From: an uncultured Fibrobacterota bacterium
GTDB taxonomy: Bacteria; Fibrobacterota; Chitinivibrionia; Chitinivibrionales; FEN-1185
Assembly (NCBI GenBank): GCA_963753345.1
Contig: CAVWBU010000031.1
Span: 32,001 to 96,000 of the forward strand
DNA length: 64,000 bases
Direction of reading: 5' to 3'
The notes below the pieces were generated by a model. That model did not search any database, was not told the origin of the DNA, and saw only the letters and a program-made list of their open reading frames with translations. Shown here piece by piece: positions 63,876-64,000 of the stretch (position 1 is the stretch's first letter; every line of letters starts with the position of its first letter). The position numbers and the translations under genes are program-made.

Positions 63876-64000
63876 ATGTTTCGCGATTTCATTTCAGGCA
63901 AAAAATATGTAGACCTCCACATTCACACGAAATTTTCCGACGGCACGCACCCCGTGGAAGAGATCCTCGCGGCCGCCTCGGCACGGAAGCTGAAGGCCAT
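63876..64000 (+). CDS. PHP-domain protein, truncated by the window end
   Basis: Manual translation MFRDFISGKKYVDLHIHTKFSDG (HxH...SDG motif). Confidence 0.8.
   Translation, partial: MFRDFISGKKYVDLHIHTKFSDGTHPVEEILAAASARKLKA

Overview
Bacterial chromosomal window, roughly 60% GC in the core genes (by eye). An FCB-group organism, possibly Fibrobacterota/Chitinivibrionia-like, is inferred from the SprA/Sov-like gene; this is not proven. Core genes: sprA-like, Rne/Rng, rplU-rpmA, a Wzz-like gene, a tandemly duplicated MBL hydrolase, pyrE, CinA, zur-znuACB, ino1, a lytic transglycosylase, fabG, gltA, an RluA-type gene, a Ser/Thr kinase and a partial PHP gene. A ~32 kb surface-polysaccharide region (14.0-45.7 kb) carries a NusG-family antiterminator, wzm/wzt, many methyltransferases and glycosyltransferases, and PglC/E/F-like genes, with a low-GC core. 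Many single-base frameshifts suggest uncorrected sequencing errors. The most striking signal is non-coding. Most larger intergenic gaps outside the island core hold members of a modular repeat family. Its parts are a ~170-nt multibranched module C (15 near-complete copies, extensive compensatory base changes), an oppositely oriented partner module A or D, polar 7-/8-mer tandem arrays, and a 63-nt module E nested in both A and C. The hairpins are capped mainly by cGNAg triloops with consistent strand polarity, which suggests folding as single-stranded DNA. One A...C pair encloses a cargo gene, and a four-helix-bundle gene lies between inverted heptamer arms. No transposase or recombinase is encoded in the window.
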